A DNA stretch of 64,000 bases from Lingula anatina (Eukaryota; Animalia; Brachiopoda), in assembly GCA_051362555.1 (NCBI GenBank), contig CM120649.1:19482567-19546566 (forward strand), in the 5' to 3' direction. The notes beneath the pieces are model-generated. The model did no database searches. It was given only the letters and a program-made list of their open reading frames with translations, and was not told where the DNA came from. Both the position numbers and the translations under genes were made by a program. Positions 1 to 13,450 of the stretch are shown here, piece after piece. The number at the start of each line of letters is the position of its first letter. Within the stretch, counting starts at the first letter, position 1.

Positions 1-3000
1 AAACACTTCCTCTGCAATAAAATACCCACTTGGTGCCCTAACAGCCACTGCCATCTATTTGTATCAGGACAGATCTTGTAAAAAGTCTGCTCTTTTTTTG
101 TCCATGCAGTTTTAGCTCATTTAAAAAATATCTACACCTACCAGGTTATCACTGATAAGAAAATACTGCAAATCAATCAGTCATTCAAATCATTTGCACT
201 GTTCAGGAAAAATAATCTATAAAAGTACCTTGATATAATATTGCTCTATATCTTACAGCTATCTCTGTTACAAATGTTGCCTCTATTCTCAACTAAGGGT
301 GCTTAAAATGAAATATTTTCTATTTTAAACTAAGGCTCAACAGCCAATTGATACCAAAACTTATATATCTGTTAAAAATAAACAGCAGGTTTGTTTTGTT
401 TATAAATTCACTTGTAAAAGAAACCCTTACGAGATGTATTAAACTTTTTTTAGAATGAAAACCAACTTCTTTCAACATGTGCATCTTAATTAAACTTTGC
501 TGAAGGCAACAAATTTCTACAGCCACAGGTCTGCTCTTGTATTTTTGCAGATTTCCAGCTGCGATCAAGCACTTTGACATCAGTGCTCACCAGTTTGTTG
601 TAATCTTTCATAATCTCTCGAGACAGTTGCCCTTTTCAGGGCCAGCTGAGCTCTTCTTCTTACATATTTCTTCAATGGCTTCTTCTCAGCAAGGGATATA
701 ATCCAACACTAACTTCAAACACTCGTATTTGTAAATTTTTCCTAGCAGGCATTTTCTGTTTTAGAAACTTTAAAAATTGAGCATCATAAGGAATCTTCAT
801 CACCTGGGTAAATAATGTTAAGGTTAGCCATGTACTCCGCAGTATAAATCAATAGTACTAAGATACATATCCAGTATGATCTATGATCAAAAGATGAAGA
901 GAGAGAGAGAGAGATCATGGAAAGACGATTTCTTATTCTTTACAACCAACAGTATATAGCAATATACTTTAAGTGCCATCATTTTATTGCACTCCTTTTT
1001 TTTGGCTGCTAAAGAATTCACATTCTATCAATTATTTGCTCCTAATACACATTTTCAAAACACTCCAAACTACATTTATAAAGGTCATGTAATCTTTATT
1101 CTTGGATAAATTTCCCTTAGAAAGAAATTCCCTTGGAAAGAAATTTTCATCGGAGGCAAAAATCATGAAAGTTGTCTTTGGTAATAGGCCTACTCAAGCA
1201 GTAATCAATAGACTGCGTTGAGATCTCAGTTCAATATTGCATTAGATAGCTGTCAATGCGAGAAACCTGTCCCAGCATCTATCACATCATTCTTCATGTT
1301 TGACAATTAATTTCATTAGTTGATATGAGTGTTCTGAGGATGCCTCAAGACTGCTGGTTTAAACTGCAGTGATTTGGAAAGAAAAAATCAATCTTATTCA
1401 GGGTTTTCTCTTGCACAAGTTGATTATTTATGGAAAGAAAGAAAGACTGCTATCCAAGGTATTATTATATTATGACACTGTGCATCAAACAATGTTTGAA
1501 GAAATATCTAACATTCCAAACAGGTTTACCTTTATCAAAATTTAAATAAAATGTTAAGAAGCGCGCGTGAGGGAGAAGGGAGAGCAGAGGTTTTTCATGT
1601 TTTGCTACACATCTCCACCAGAAGATAAATGGCAGCAATCATACCTCTTTTTACCTCTTTTTTCATCCCAGTCAATTTCCTCTCTAATTTCACCTGCTAC
1701 GTAATATTGCCACCAGTTGATGAAAGACGGAGAAATTAATTTCACCTTTACTTCAAGAACATTTTTTCTGCTCTTTACGCTTAACCTAATGGGGCACCAC
1801 TTAGTACGATACTGCTGCACCGAAGTAGAATTAATTTCCCAAATTTACAAACTACAAACTTCTGTTTCCTCACTCATCTTGATCATCTCCTCACTATAAG
1901 AAATTAATATCGTTTTTATAATCCAATGAGAACTGATAACTTTATTTTGCTTTTTTGATTGATATGGTGTGTAAAATCTCTTCCATCTGGATTCAAGTGA
2001 ACAAAGTGGGTTTCATCTAATTTCACCTTCGTTTTATTATTAAAGACCTTTTCCTCTAAATTTTCTAACAAAAAGCAAGAAATGTCAGCAACTTATTGCG
2101 GCTCTAAAAGAAAGAAGGAATTTATATCAGTAATCTGTGTTAATCATCACTTAAGTATTCCTTATTACTCTCAAAATTATTCCTGAATCTTAAGTGAGTA
2201 AATGTGGTCTTTGAAGTCTATTACTGCACCTAGTTTCCCTCAAATTCTCACGCAAATTAAAACATGGCTGCATCCTCCCTGAAATGACTCAGCCAAAGAC
2301 GCCTCTTTAGAATTCTTAATCCCGTACATGACATTTCATCACTGTACTATTGTCACTCAATAAAATCCTTTAAGCATCAATGATCACAAATTTCTAGTCC
2401 CCCACAATCTCAACACCAACAAATGAATCAAACCAAAATCCAAATCACCCTTTAATACATATGAAACAAGTTTTCAAGTCCTCCTGAAGTTGAAATCAAT
2501 CGTGACAAATACCCTTTCAGCAACAACAAACACAAAGACACAATCCACACAATTACAATACACAGCAGATTTGCTGAGCAAACTGACAGCAAAAACACTA
2601 AGAACTCAGAATTCCCATTCAATACTGGCGTTCTCATTAATTCTATTGTACCACATTAAGTGGATGCTGTCTGAAGGTCTATCAGTACAGACATTACTCA
2701 GGACCATGGCTGACTAGAACTACCCTGAGTTTTGTTGCTACTGAAGCTGGGGAAGCACTAGGAAATTTTTTCACTTAGCCAAATCACTAATTTTTCATTA
2801 CTTTTTTTCTCAAAATGGTTTAAGCTTGACTAAAACAAGCCAAATCAACCTTATTTTGTTTAGACCATTCAGGTCAGTTATAGCACTTGGCTAAATTGGC
2901 AAGTGTTAGGGCTACCCCAGTGGAGGTAATCTTGTTTTCTTAGAAACCCTTGAAACCTTCAGCACTAAGCAGTAAAAAGGCTGCCAGTCAAGCAAAAAAT

Positions 3001-3789
3001 GTAGACAGTTTTGTGTTTTCTGACCACTGTAGCCCAGGGCAACTCTGACCTCATCCCAAGAAACTTTACTTTTATAAAATTGATTCCTTAACCCACATTC
3101 AGAGAGCTGGTCTTAAGTCAGTCTACAGTGAATTTTCAGTTTGGCTGTGGAGGTTTTAACTTAGCACCTATGTCCTCAAATCCCATGCTTACCCTGGCCT
3201 GAAGGCAGCCGCTTCACAGGAGGGGGGGGGGGTCTTTTTTGTGAAAAGTGATGGGATTACGAGAAGGGAGGGGCTTCAGGGATAAATCAATTTTGGTCAA
3301 AGAAAAATGTGATTTTTAGGGTTATATCTTTGTTGGATAATAGAAATGTGATCTTGATCTTGTCAGGTTAGATGTGGATAAGTCTTTTCACTCTTAAGGT
3401 TTATGGTCAATGAAGTTAACAGAATTGATAACTTAATGTTTTGTGTGTTTTTGTTGGGTAATGGAAATTAGATCTAGATCTTGTTAAGTAAAATGTGGTA
3501 GAGTGTTTTCATCCATACTGTTTGCAGTAAATGAAGGCAGCACCATTGATAATATAATGTGCTGTATGTTTTCATAGGGTAATGGGGGGAAGAAGGCAGA
3601 ATGCACCACTTTCTAGAGGTTTTACTTTGAGATTGTTCTTGCTGCAAGTTTTATGGTCAATGAAGACAGCACTGATGAGACTAATGTGATGTATGTTTTT
3701 GTCTGGCACTGGGAATGTGATCTTGTCTGGGCTGATTTTGTTAATTGCTTTCACTCAGGCAATGTACTTGATACATAAGGAGGTAGAGG

Positions 3790-3792
<3 letters not shown>

Positions 3793-3840
<48 letters not shown>
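3793..3840. repeat. (GT)n microsatellite
   Basis: Direct reading. Confidence 0.95.
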
Positions 3841-3841
<1 letters not shown>

Positions 3842-5443
3842 ATAATGGGGTCATGATACTTGATGAGATCAGGAGAAAAAAGTCAAACATGAAGTAGACT
3901 TAGATTATAATCAAACTTACTTTTTAAAAATAATATTTTCCAACAACCCTTCGTTAATCAAATTTTCCTTAAATATATATTGAGTCTTGAGTAAAATAAC
4001 GAGCCACGTAAACTGATAGTTTTTCTTCAGTTGGATGATTCTGGTATCTCTACTGACACAAAATGATTAGGAGACCTCGGTACAAATGTGATAGTATTAA
4101 CGTATGCTGTGTGCATGAACACAGATGTCACTCAAGCGACTGTGACGGCGGCCATTGTTCCGTCTCCCAGTGTTTTGTCTCCTGGTGACTCACAGTAACA
4201 TGATCATCTTCCATTCACACACAAACCTCAGAGAAAAAAGCCAAAGACAACAACACCTCAGATCACGCAAACATTAAACAGTCCTCCATTGTCACTGAAA
4301 AAATTTCCTGTGGAATTAAAATGGAACAAAGCTGAAATATTCCCTATCCCCCCCCTCTCTCTCTCTTAAATTTCCCATGTGCAGGTGAGAGCAGTGGCTA
4401 TGATGAATTTCAATACCATATTTCAACAAACACTGAAAACACTAGTGACAATCAGGCAGTGAATAAAACTGAGGAAGTAATTGTCTTACAAGAGAAGAAA
4501 TTCCTTTCAAATGCACAACAACTCCACCTAGTGTGAAGAAACACAAAAATAGTCCTCAATTCCATCAGTAACATCAGCAAACTGTTTCACATGTCATTTC
4601 TTAAAAAGTCAACCCTACTAAACTAAAATAGCCATTCATGTCAATTATGCTATGTAAAAGCAGTCTTAGACAGTTTCACCAACAATTAGGTCTCTTTAAC
4701 TTGGCTGACTCACCAGAGTCACTTGTAGAATCTTTTAGTGGGTAGAACCCAGTATCAATACAATGGGAAATCACTGTTCTAATATTTTCACAGGCAACAG
4801 TTTCAAAAGACTGTAAACTGTTATTTAGTTGGCCAAGATTCTTGGTTGACATTGCTTAGAACATACATCATGTTTCTTTCTTTTCTTTTTTCTTAAAAGA
4901 CGCAATGGCTCTGTGGAAGAGAGTTCAGATGAGTCACCTGCACGGCAGCAGGTAACATTATCTCATATTACACAGACGCTGATTAAAATGGCATTCCATT
5001 TTCAGCCTCACTGACCAGCCTTTGCTGCCAGCTGTTTCAGAGCGGCAAAAACAACCCTGTTTTCTCTCCATTATCTCGAGTGAGGAAAAAACATCTCTTT
5101 CAAAGGATGAAACCACTTGGTATTATCTGTGCTATCTCCAAAGACACCTGGTGAGGGGGAGGTTCGTTAAACTGAGAGCCCCTCGTATCTTCCAGGTGAG
5201 AAAATTTAATTACAATATTTGGGCAAGTAAGCTTTTCAGTAAAACAATTCATCATTCAAAACTTATCAACTGTGTTTTTTTCTTCATTTTGTGTTTTAAA
5301 ATTTGATTCAGTTATATATTTCCTTCAGAGGGGATTTATAGTATTAACTGGTAAAAATTTTTTTACCTAAACTCAAGTTTTAACAGCAAAATGCCATTCT
5401 GTGCATTGGGACTAGCAACACATCAGTAAAAGAAGTTACTTCC

Positions 5444-5677
5444 GGTCCATTTCCAGTGAAACTATCTACCTAGATCAATCCAACTCCACAGGGACTCTCA
5501 CTGAATGCAATCAGATCACCACACCTTGTTTCCAACTACTCATATAATCACCAGCTTTCTGTATTCTACTCAATGCCAGGAGGAGGCATGTTAATCTGTT
5601 CATCTGATTGCATTCAGCTAGTCTCCAAGGAGTTGGATCAATCTAAGACAAATGATAGTTGCATTGGGAATGGGCCC
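5444..5677. mobile_element. MITE family B (~235 bp, long TIRs)
   Basis: ...AACTATC..TAGATCAATCCAACTC..CTGAATGCAATCAGAT / ATCTGATTGCATTCAG..GAGTTGGATCAATCTA..GATAGTT inverted arms; related copies near 8399-8662, 21867-22101 and 63180-63340. Confidence 0.75.
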
Positions 5678-5698
5678 TTAATCACCAACATCAGTCTA

Positions 5699-5914
5699 GA
5701 AGTGCATTCCCAGAGATTTAGACCGATCCATTCAGATCTACCTAACTCCCTGGGGGTTCACGCTAAATTGCAGTCAGCCTAGCGTGCACGACAGTTAATT
5801 ACCTCCTTACAGCTCTTAGTAGGCGAGACAGACGCTTAAGCCGGCTAAGCTGACAGTAATCTGGTGAGACTCCCCACAGAGAAAGATCGATCTAAAATTT
5901 GTGGGAATGGGGTC
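5699..5914 (-). mobile_element. Diverged MITE family A copy
   Basis: Shares CCTAACTCCCTGGGGGTTCACGCTAAAT, TGACAGTAATCT.GTGAGACTCCCC and AGATCGATCTAAAA with family A. Confidence 0.75.
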
Positions 5915-6279
5915 CAGAACCCATTGAAATTCAAAGAGCAGAACTCTCCAATTAGCCTATATATCAGTTAATGGAACAGAACGTTCTTTCAACTTTTGAG
6001 CACACCTGTGGACACCTGGGGAAATCAAGAAAACCGGACAGAGAGGACGCTCGATGAGGTCAGGTAAAAACTCCATTACCCTGACTTCTTCATGTCCTTA
6101 GATGCAATGACTGAACAGCATGCTCACTGGGAGAGCACATCTGTGTGTGTATCAAGCATGTGTGCATGTGTGTGTGGGGAGGGGGACTGGTGCTCTTCAG
6201 TAGTGACTGTGGGATCTCTCTTTTTCCATCTTTCTGAGTCTCCCTTTCACACTTCATATATGGAGTCCAACTGTGGGAT

Positions 6280-6294
6280 TTCTCTTTCTCTTTT

Positions 6295-6379
<85 letters not shown>
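6280..6379. repeat. (CT)n(CA)n compound microsatellite
   Basis: Direct reading; similar compound tracts near 20602-20671 and 21098-21150. Confidence 0.95.
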
Positions 6380-6380
<1 letters not shown>

Positions 6381-6759
6381 TATGTCTGGCTCTTACCTTC
6401 CCATGTGCTCCCCATTCCAGCAGTGGAGACTGGACTTGTCGCGCACCACAAAGTTTTCATTTTCACACACAGCGTCTGCAAAGTGTGTGTAAAATCCCTT
6501 GGAAGCCTTCAGGTCATGGGTGAACTGCCATAGACGGTCTGTGTATTTTACCTGTCGAACAAAGACTAAAACTGTGAGTCGTATTGATGAGCAGTTTAAA
6601 TTTTTTATATTCCAATCAATTTATATTTATATTATAAATATCACCCAATGATTTCTCCCTAAAAACTCACTATTAAAATTGAACTGATAAAACCTTGCAT
6701 ACCATCATTAAATTTAAACAATTATAAAAAAAATTAAAACTAGATAAACAGCCTCTTAC

Positions 6760-6864
6760 CTTGGCAGCCATGGTCTTGTGATGTGTGACCTCTGACCCCT
6801 CATCTTTCTGACCTCCAGGCAGCTTCTTGGTATCCATCTTAGGATGACCACATTTGGCAATCAC
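6760..6864 (-). CDS. GPC5: Glypican exon 4; further exons not found in the window
   Basis: TTTCAG|GTG ATT GCC AAA TGT GGT CAT CCT = VIAKCGHP, the conserved 'V..CG.P' that follows the core exon; 105 nt; AAG|GTAAGA donor. Confidence 0.85.
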
Positions 6865-8398
6865 CTGAAACAGAAAAAATATTATCAACCATTTAGCAGA
6901 ATCTAAAGATCTAAGCTGACTGAAAAGTTTTGTTCAGGTAAAAATCGTTGGTGACCAATTCTACTTTCATTCTTCAAAGCTCTTACAGATGGCCATATTT
7001 ATTTTGACTGCCATGTTGATTAGATATTTTAGGACAGACTGGGAAAAGAGGCAGTTACACACAGGTAGACCATTTGAATAGTGTTTTTACAGAAAATACT
7101 TAAAAACTCACAAATGAATTTCATGTCAATTGCGAGTCTGTACTTTTCACTCGAATAACTATTGATGAATCCATTTAAGCCCTGTCCCTGTTTATCTAAA
7201 TGCCAGTTATTTTAAGGTCAGATTAAGAAAATGATGAATAAATCAATAAGTAATTAAAACCCCTGCTATAAGAATTCTCAGAGGTCTGCTGGTCAGTGCC
7301 CAGGAAAGGGGTGAACTCGGTTTAGATGTTCTGGGCAGAAATTCTGGCTTCCCACAGTTTGGCTGCCCTCCCTAACCACGGGAATCTAATCTGTAGCCAC
7401 GGCACACGATAGAAATCAGTTAATATGGCCGATGGTAGATCAGCAGAGTAACTGGATTGGTTTTAATTGGTTAATCAATAATGAACAGAACAGGTACCAT
7501 GAAACAAAAAGCCTGCAAGTTGGGTGTTTTACAGGCAAATAAAATGAAATCATCAATCTGACATATGTTTGGTAATGATATAAATACAAATGATTTTGAT
7601 ATATTGTATCAAATCAAACAGCAATAGCATTTACTTGATCAAATTGTTGGACCACCATTCTTATTGACTTTTACCAACGAGATTGACAGTTTTATTGCAT
7701 GCGTCATGGTACACCACTGGCTGGCCAACCATGTCTGCCTCTTCCAATAAAACTGCACCATAATCATGACAAAATTGCCATCCATCTCGAACCTAGCCTT
7801 AAAGGGCTTCAGTATCATAAGTGTCTGGTTTCCCAAGAGATTTTTTTTATGTCAGAGAAATCAATTTGTAATTGTTTTTTAGAATATGTAGCAATTACCA
7901 AAGTCTCGTAAACTAACAAATGTATCAAAGTACTAAGAAAATGACATTGTAAAACTGGATGACCATTGGCTGTGTAGTTAAGAGACACTGGTAGCTTGCC
8001 TTTTGTTTTCAGTCAAATTCCCATGACATACTCAACAACACCGTGTTAACTTGAGGACTGAAAACCATTTCGTGTCGTGTAAACGTTGTTTACAATGTTT
8101 CAATTATGTTTTTGAATGATAAAACCAGGTTAAGCATCAATAACACCGTGTTCCGCACAACAAAATCACATTTCCCTCCTGTTCACGGTAGTGACATTTG
8201 GACTAACATCCCTTGTAGCAAAACTAATGCACTTACCATGTTAGTATAGTAAGATTTTAAGTTTGTTTTTATGCAAAATTGTCTTAACTGAATGTTGATA
8301 GGAAACACCAGGGCATTGAGCTTATTTCAAGTGTTTCCAGCCTCAGAGAACTGGCCAGACCTTGCATCTTACGCTCCAAAAAGTGATGTTCCCTTTAA

Positions 8399-8662
8399 GG
8401 CCATGTTCACTAGGCATACTAGGTCATACTGTCATACTAGGCAGCTCAAAGTCACTATGCAGGGACTCTCACTGAATGCAACCAGATGAACAAGACACCT
8501 CTTGTTTACAGCATACTCATATAATCACCAGCTTTTCTGTATACCACTCAACACCAGGGGGAAACATGCGTACCTGTTAATCTGACTGCATTCAGCATGA
8601 GTCCCCAGGAATTAGTTTGAACTACCTACCAGTAGTACAATAGTTTTATTGTGAACACATCC
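8399..8662. mobile_element. MITE family B copy
   Basis: GGGACTCTCACTGAATGCA...TACTCATATAATCACCAGCTTT...TGCATTCAGC shared with 5444-5677. Confidence 0.7.
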
Positions 8663-8751
8663 AAAGACCTAATCTCTGCCTTTTCCTTTCTTCTTTACCT
8701 GAAGGCTATAGGACACATGTGCGTTGTTTGTCATTTAACATAACATGATCA

Positions 8752-8853
8752 TCTGATGGTATGCCAACCTACCTGTGAATAACATTACCTGATGGTATGC
8801 CAACCTACCTGTGAATAACATTACCTGATGGTATGCCAACCTACCTGTGAATA
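8752..8853. repeat. 36-bp tandem repeat (~3 copies) spanning the glypican exon 3 donor
   Basis: CTGATGGTATGCCAACCTACCTGTGAATAACATTAC occurs about three times. Confidence 0.9.
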
Positions 8854-9545
8854 AAACTTCAGTCCATTGGTCATGGAATACATGAGTGCATCTGAAATCT
8901 TGTTGTCCAGTCCCTGCATCACTGTCTCTATGGAATATGAACCAGTCAGGGTTTGAGAATACTTCTCCACCGAATCCACAAATGAATTCCAGGGGGTGCT
9001 AAGTTCTTGGACTTCTGCCAGACAGCCCCGCATAACGTTAAGGCAGTAATTATAACACGGCTTGGCCTCGGTGTGGCCGCGACACTGAGAGCAATAGCGT
9101 AGTTTTGTTACAGCTTTGTGACAGTGGTTTTCCATCACAAGATGTTCCGTCGTGTTGACGGTCTCAACTGCAAGATTTACAGCTTCTAGGAATGTGCGGG
9201 TAGAGCCAAAAACTTGTGCTAGCTGAAGCGCTATCCTGCGCGGCCATTCCCCAAATGGCGGGTGTACATGTGGTTTTGCACTCACTAAGCAGCGTTTATA
9301 CTCCTCTGTATATGCCATCTTGTTGGGGTCGTTAAGATTGTTATGAAATACCAACGGGAACAAATCTATGAAGAACTGCTCCACGCTAGTGTGGATATTT
9401 ATTTGTTTTCGCCTGATGAAGTTCTTCAAGTCTGTAAAGAAAGTTCTGATTGGTTGTTGTCTTTCTTGTTGGGGGAGTTTGTAGATGTTACTGAAGAGCA
9501 GGTCTGTGCTATTTTCTGCCCTCTCAATCATGCTGAGAAATAGAT
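8845..9545 (-). CDS. GPC5: Glypican exon 3 (large core exon)
   Basis: Within ORF 8821-9531: FFTDL, FFIDLFPLVF, PFGEWP, CHKAVTKLRYCSQCRG, KPCYNYCLNVMRGCLA glypican signature. CCAG acceptor; CAG|GTAGGT donor. Confidence 0.95.
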
Positions 9546-10196
9546 CTGGAAGGAGACAATATACAAATATTTCTGTTAATATTTGTAGAAAATAACAAGA
9601 AATAAATCTAGAAGAAAATGTACAAATATAACCACTTGTAATGAATTACTATTGCATGAAAGAATAACTTAAGTTAAAGATTAAGAAAACATTTTTTTTT
9701 TTTTCAATAATGAATTGAAAAGCTAACACAGACCAGGGAAGGCAAGAGAAGATAGGCTGTTCCTAACATCATGAGATATAATAGAGAATATTGTGAGATT
9801 TACAGATTAGAACTTTGGCATAAACATCACTAAGATGAGATTTTCCACAAATAACTTTTTTGCTTGTTGACAATTTTTAAACTCAAGAAACTAGCCTACT
9901 TTGGTTCTGAATACTAGTGGACAGCAATTCTTCAAATTGAACCAAACCATAAATTACTAGAAGTTCCCAGTCAGTGGGTTTACTTGCAGGGAAGCAAACA
10001 TCAATCTTGGCAAAGGTTAAAAGTATACAGGATATTACTTGATACAATTATTTACAAATTTAGGTACAGGTTCTGACTGTGTGAGCTCTACGAACACCCC
10101 GAGATCCAGAATACTGTGAATGATTTTCCTGTATCCAACACAAATTTTCAACCATGGCATCAGATATAGTGACAGAAGAGTTACCAGCAACACTTA

Positions 10197-10885
10197 CCCC
10201 ATTCACACGAGACACTTTCAATCGCGATTAGTGCCAAATCGCGATTCTATCGATGTAAAGCTTCTAGTGTGAACGCAGTCGAGACGCCAAATCGCGATTC
10301 AAATTAATCCTACTCGAGAGGTGGATTCTATCGATGTAAACTTTAATCGCGATATAAAATTTCCTAGTGAGAACGGGATCGATGTTAACACCGGAAGTTG
10401 AGGACTTATGTCGCGTGCACAGTTTCCATCGAAAGTACAATACAATACAGTACAATGAATTTTATTTCATGTCGGGTATAAATTGAAACGAAACATAAGC
10501 TAAATACAGCTATTCGCCGACTGGAAAGTGAAAGAAAACAAACTGTCCACGCAATTTCAAGTTTCTTCGCAGTCAGCAAAATGGCCAAGAGGACGTACTG
10601 GTATGTAAACTCAGTGGCAGCATAACTAAATATTTGGGCCGATGAGAGTATTAAACAGAAAAGAACACCGTACACACCGAAAGCATGGTCTTGAAGGCAG
10701 CTACTGCGCATGATCAACAGGATATACCGTGACTCCCCTAGCGAGCGCAGTTGCAATTACCAGATCTAGCAAGGTAAATCGCGATTTCGTTTTTACATGT
10801 GTGAACGCAAAAAAGTGAATTTAGCTAAGCGCGTTAGAATCGCGATTCCCTTAATCTCGATTAACCATGTAGGTGTGAATGGGGC
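10197..10885. mobile_element. Non-autonomous TIR element (~690 bp) rich in AATCGCGATT palindromes
   Basis: CCCCATTCACAC...GTGTGAATGGGG termini; repeated AATCGCGAT(T) and ATCGAT subterminal motifs; CpG-rich relative to its flanks. Confidence 0.75.
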
Positions 10886-11534
10886 TACTGTGAAGCTCAC
10901 GGATTCTGTACAGATTTGCCTCTCTAGCTAATTGTACCATTAACAATATGTGTTGACCCTGACCTTTTCCTTGAGTTAACCCTGGACTTAACCATACCAA
11001 GTTAACCCTGGAGCTTCTACAGAAGTGACACAGTTCATTCTGTCTGGTAGACAATACCCACTGGCAATTAACTTTAATATTACACTCATAAATTTATCAA
11101 TTAGTCATGGAAACAGTTCTTCAACATGTCTCATTCAATGGAGAAATGTACACAGATATCCTGACACACACAAACACGCAAAGACACACACAGAAGAGCA
11201 AATGCACACACACATGCACACGCACACACATATGCAAAAAATACAAATACAAGCATTCTCACAAACAAAAAATCTCACACTCTTAGACACAGAAATATGC
11301 ACGCACGCTGACAAACGCGGACAAATAAAGAAGCACCTAGAATGCCAATACTGTGACACTTTGATATTTATTTCCTTCAAGGCACCAGGGCCCTCGTCAT
11401 TGTTCCCCACTTCAGAGTGGGAATAGAGCAACAACAGTTAGTGGAAAGTAATTCAATTATCCCAGCCTGGTACTGTAAATTATTAGGTGCCATTACACTG
11501 ATGTGAGTACTGCCTGGGAGCTTGGATGCAGCCT

Positions 11535-11717
11535 GAGAACGCATTTAGAACAGCAGACTAACAGATCCCCAGATCAAACATAGCTGACCCACTTGAATGC
11601 TTGTTGCCTAATCCTCACAGGGGATCTTTTCATGTCTAATAGGGAATTAAGCGCCAAGCCAAGCGGGTCGCCATATTTGTTCCTCGGATCTGTTAGTCTG
11701 CTGTTCTGAGTGCGCTC
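11535..11717. mobile_element. Small inverted-repeat element (MITE-like)
   Basis: GAACAGCAGACTAACAGATCC and its reverse complement GGATCTGTTAGTCTGCTGTTC bracket about 120 bp. Confidence 0.65.
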
Positions 11718-13254
11718 CGAGTGTGAGACTCTACTGGGTACAGGTGTCTACTTCAGTTATTATATATGTCAACAGACTTCACATCACTATACTTTTCTGC
11801 TGTTACCTTACTGTGCATATATTGTATTTCTATTGATATAATGTTATATTTTACATTTAATATGACTTCAGACTTTCCTCGTATTCTACTGCTAACAACA
11901 CTCTGGCTTTTCAATTTTTTAAATGGGGGTGGGGAAGGCACTTATCGCAGAGTCCAAGTTGGTCATAAATCAGTAATATTTTTGGGTTGCTAGGCAACAA
12001 GTAGTCCCCAGAAACACCCCACGTTTCTTTATTCATGCGATGTATGTATATTTTAGAGACACAAACATGACCACAGACTTCTCCAACACAACCCAACAGT
12101 TCAGTTTGTCAATATAACACAGGTGACAGTGGTATAACATTGTCTCTAGCCTCAATTCCAGGCTATTTTATTCTAGAGACCATCATGATTTACCCATTTG
12201 AACCTATTTCAACTACAGTTTAGTGTCCATTTTAAGGAAAATTTACAGTCACTATCCTGATTCTGGATTTATCATCAACCATCTCTTTATTCCACTACAA
12301 ATATTGTCACCATTTGGCCAAATCTATTTCAATTCAGATCTTCCCTCCTACAGCACTGGTCACTGTGATGTTGGTTCAAAAATAAACAAATTGTTGGCAA
12401 TTAAATTTTCCCTTGGGAACAGTATTTCGTCAAAGTGTAGCCTACGCTAGGTTCAAGTTGACAGTAGTTTGGCATCGAGAAAAGTTCCTGATAAAGGAGC
12501 CAAGACTAGCCAGAGAACTGTCACCATACCACACCATGCCCTGCTGAGGCTATATCTTCTATTTTTATTTGCATAATACTTTCCTTGTTCAATTAAAATA
12601 TCCTTTAATTTCTTACATCTTTTTTATTCTGTGTTTTGGAATAATAATCAGTGAATAAAAGAAGCTTACTTTGAAGATTATGAGAAATATCTGTTGCCAA
12701 TGCATTATAGATTGACATAAACCTTCAGTTCATTGGTCTTAAATTATCTGACAATAAAACAAAATTTTCAAATTCATACAGAAAATATAAAAGGAAATTA
12801 TTGAAAATAAATAGTTCTACATTATAAAAATGCTGCTTTTTTTCTAGAAAAAATCCCTAAATCCCTTCTATCATATGTATCTTCTGCTCTAAAGTTCTAT
12901 GTTGGTCATACTTTTTACATTGTGGAAGCATGATGGAAAAACTGCTAATTTACAATCCTCTGTGGTCAGTAGCTCACCCCTAGGAGAAATCCCAAGGAGA
13001 AATCAAACACCATTTCTGAGAAGTAAGTGCTTTCTTATTCCCTCTTCTGTTTCTGAAGGTTGCTTTTATTGTTTGAAAAATTTCACATCATTTTTTCACT
13101 TGGGGCCATACACACATTTTACAGTAAGGAACACTCAGCATTGCAGATTGTTTTCATACTAACCTGATTTAATTAATGTCTATTTCTGTTGTAATATTCA
13201 TCCCAAATGTACCCAGACTGACAGAGTGATATATATAAGACTAAAACAGCACTT

Positions 13255-13450
13255 ACAGGGCACAGACCTCCGCCAAGGAAGCTCAATTTTTAGCGTCAAT
13301 GAGTTAAATGAGTAATGGATCACCACCAAAATCTAACAGATTTCAAATGTGCCTGGAAAATTGATCAAAATCTCCCATAACTTTATAAGCTAGACTCTGA
13401 ACTAACAAACCAACAAATGCAAAAATGTGGCTTTCTTGGTTAAGGTAACA
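13255..13450. repeat. Unclassified dispersed repeat (second copy ~43010-43200)
   Basis: CAGGG..ACAGACCTC(C/A)GCCAAG...ATGGATCA(C/T)CACCA...GGTAACAA shared between the two loci. Confidence 0.55.

Noticed and set aside
300-2070. Fragmented purine-rich minus-strand frames (e.g. 320-580, 1605-1820) as further glypican exons or a transposase
   Set aside because: No glypican C-terminal motifs (CWNG, Ser-Gly sites), multiple stops and no recognisable catalytic motif. It may be a decayed element, but this cannot be supported without a translated search.
6090-6533. ORFs with HTHT/CVCV runs (also near 11025-11434 and 20507-21243)
   Set aside because: Artefacts of (CA)n/(GT)n microsatellites.
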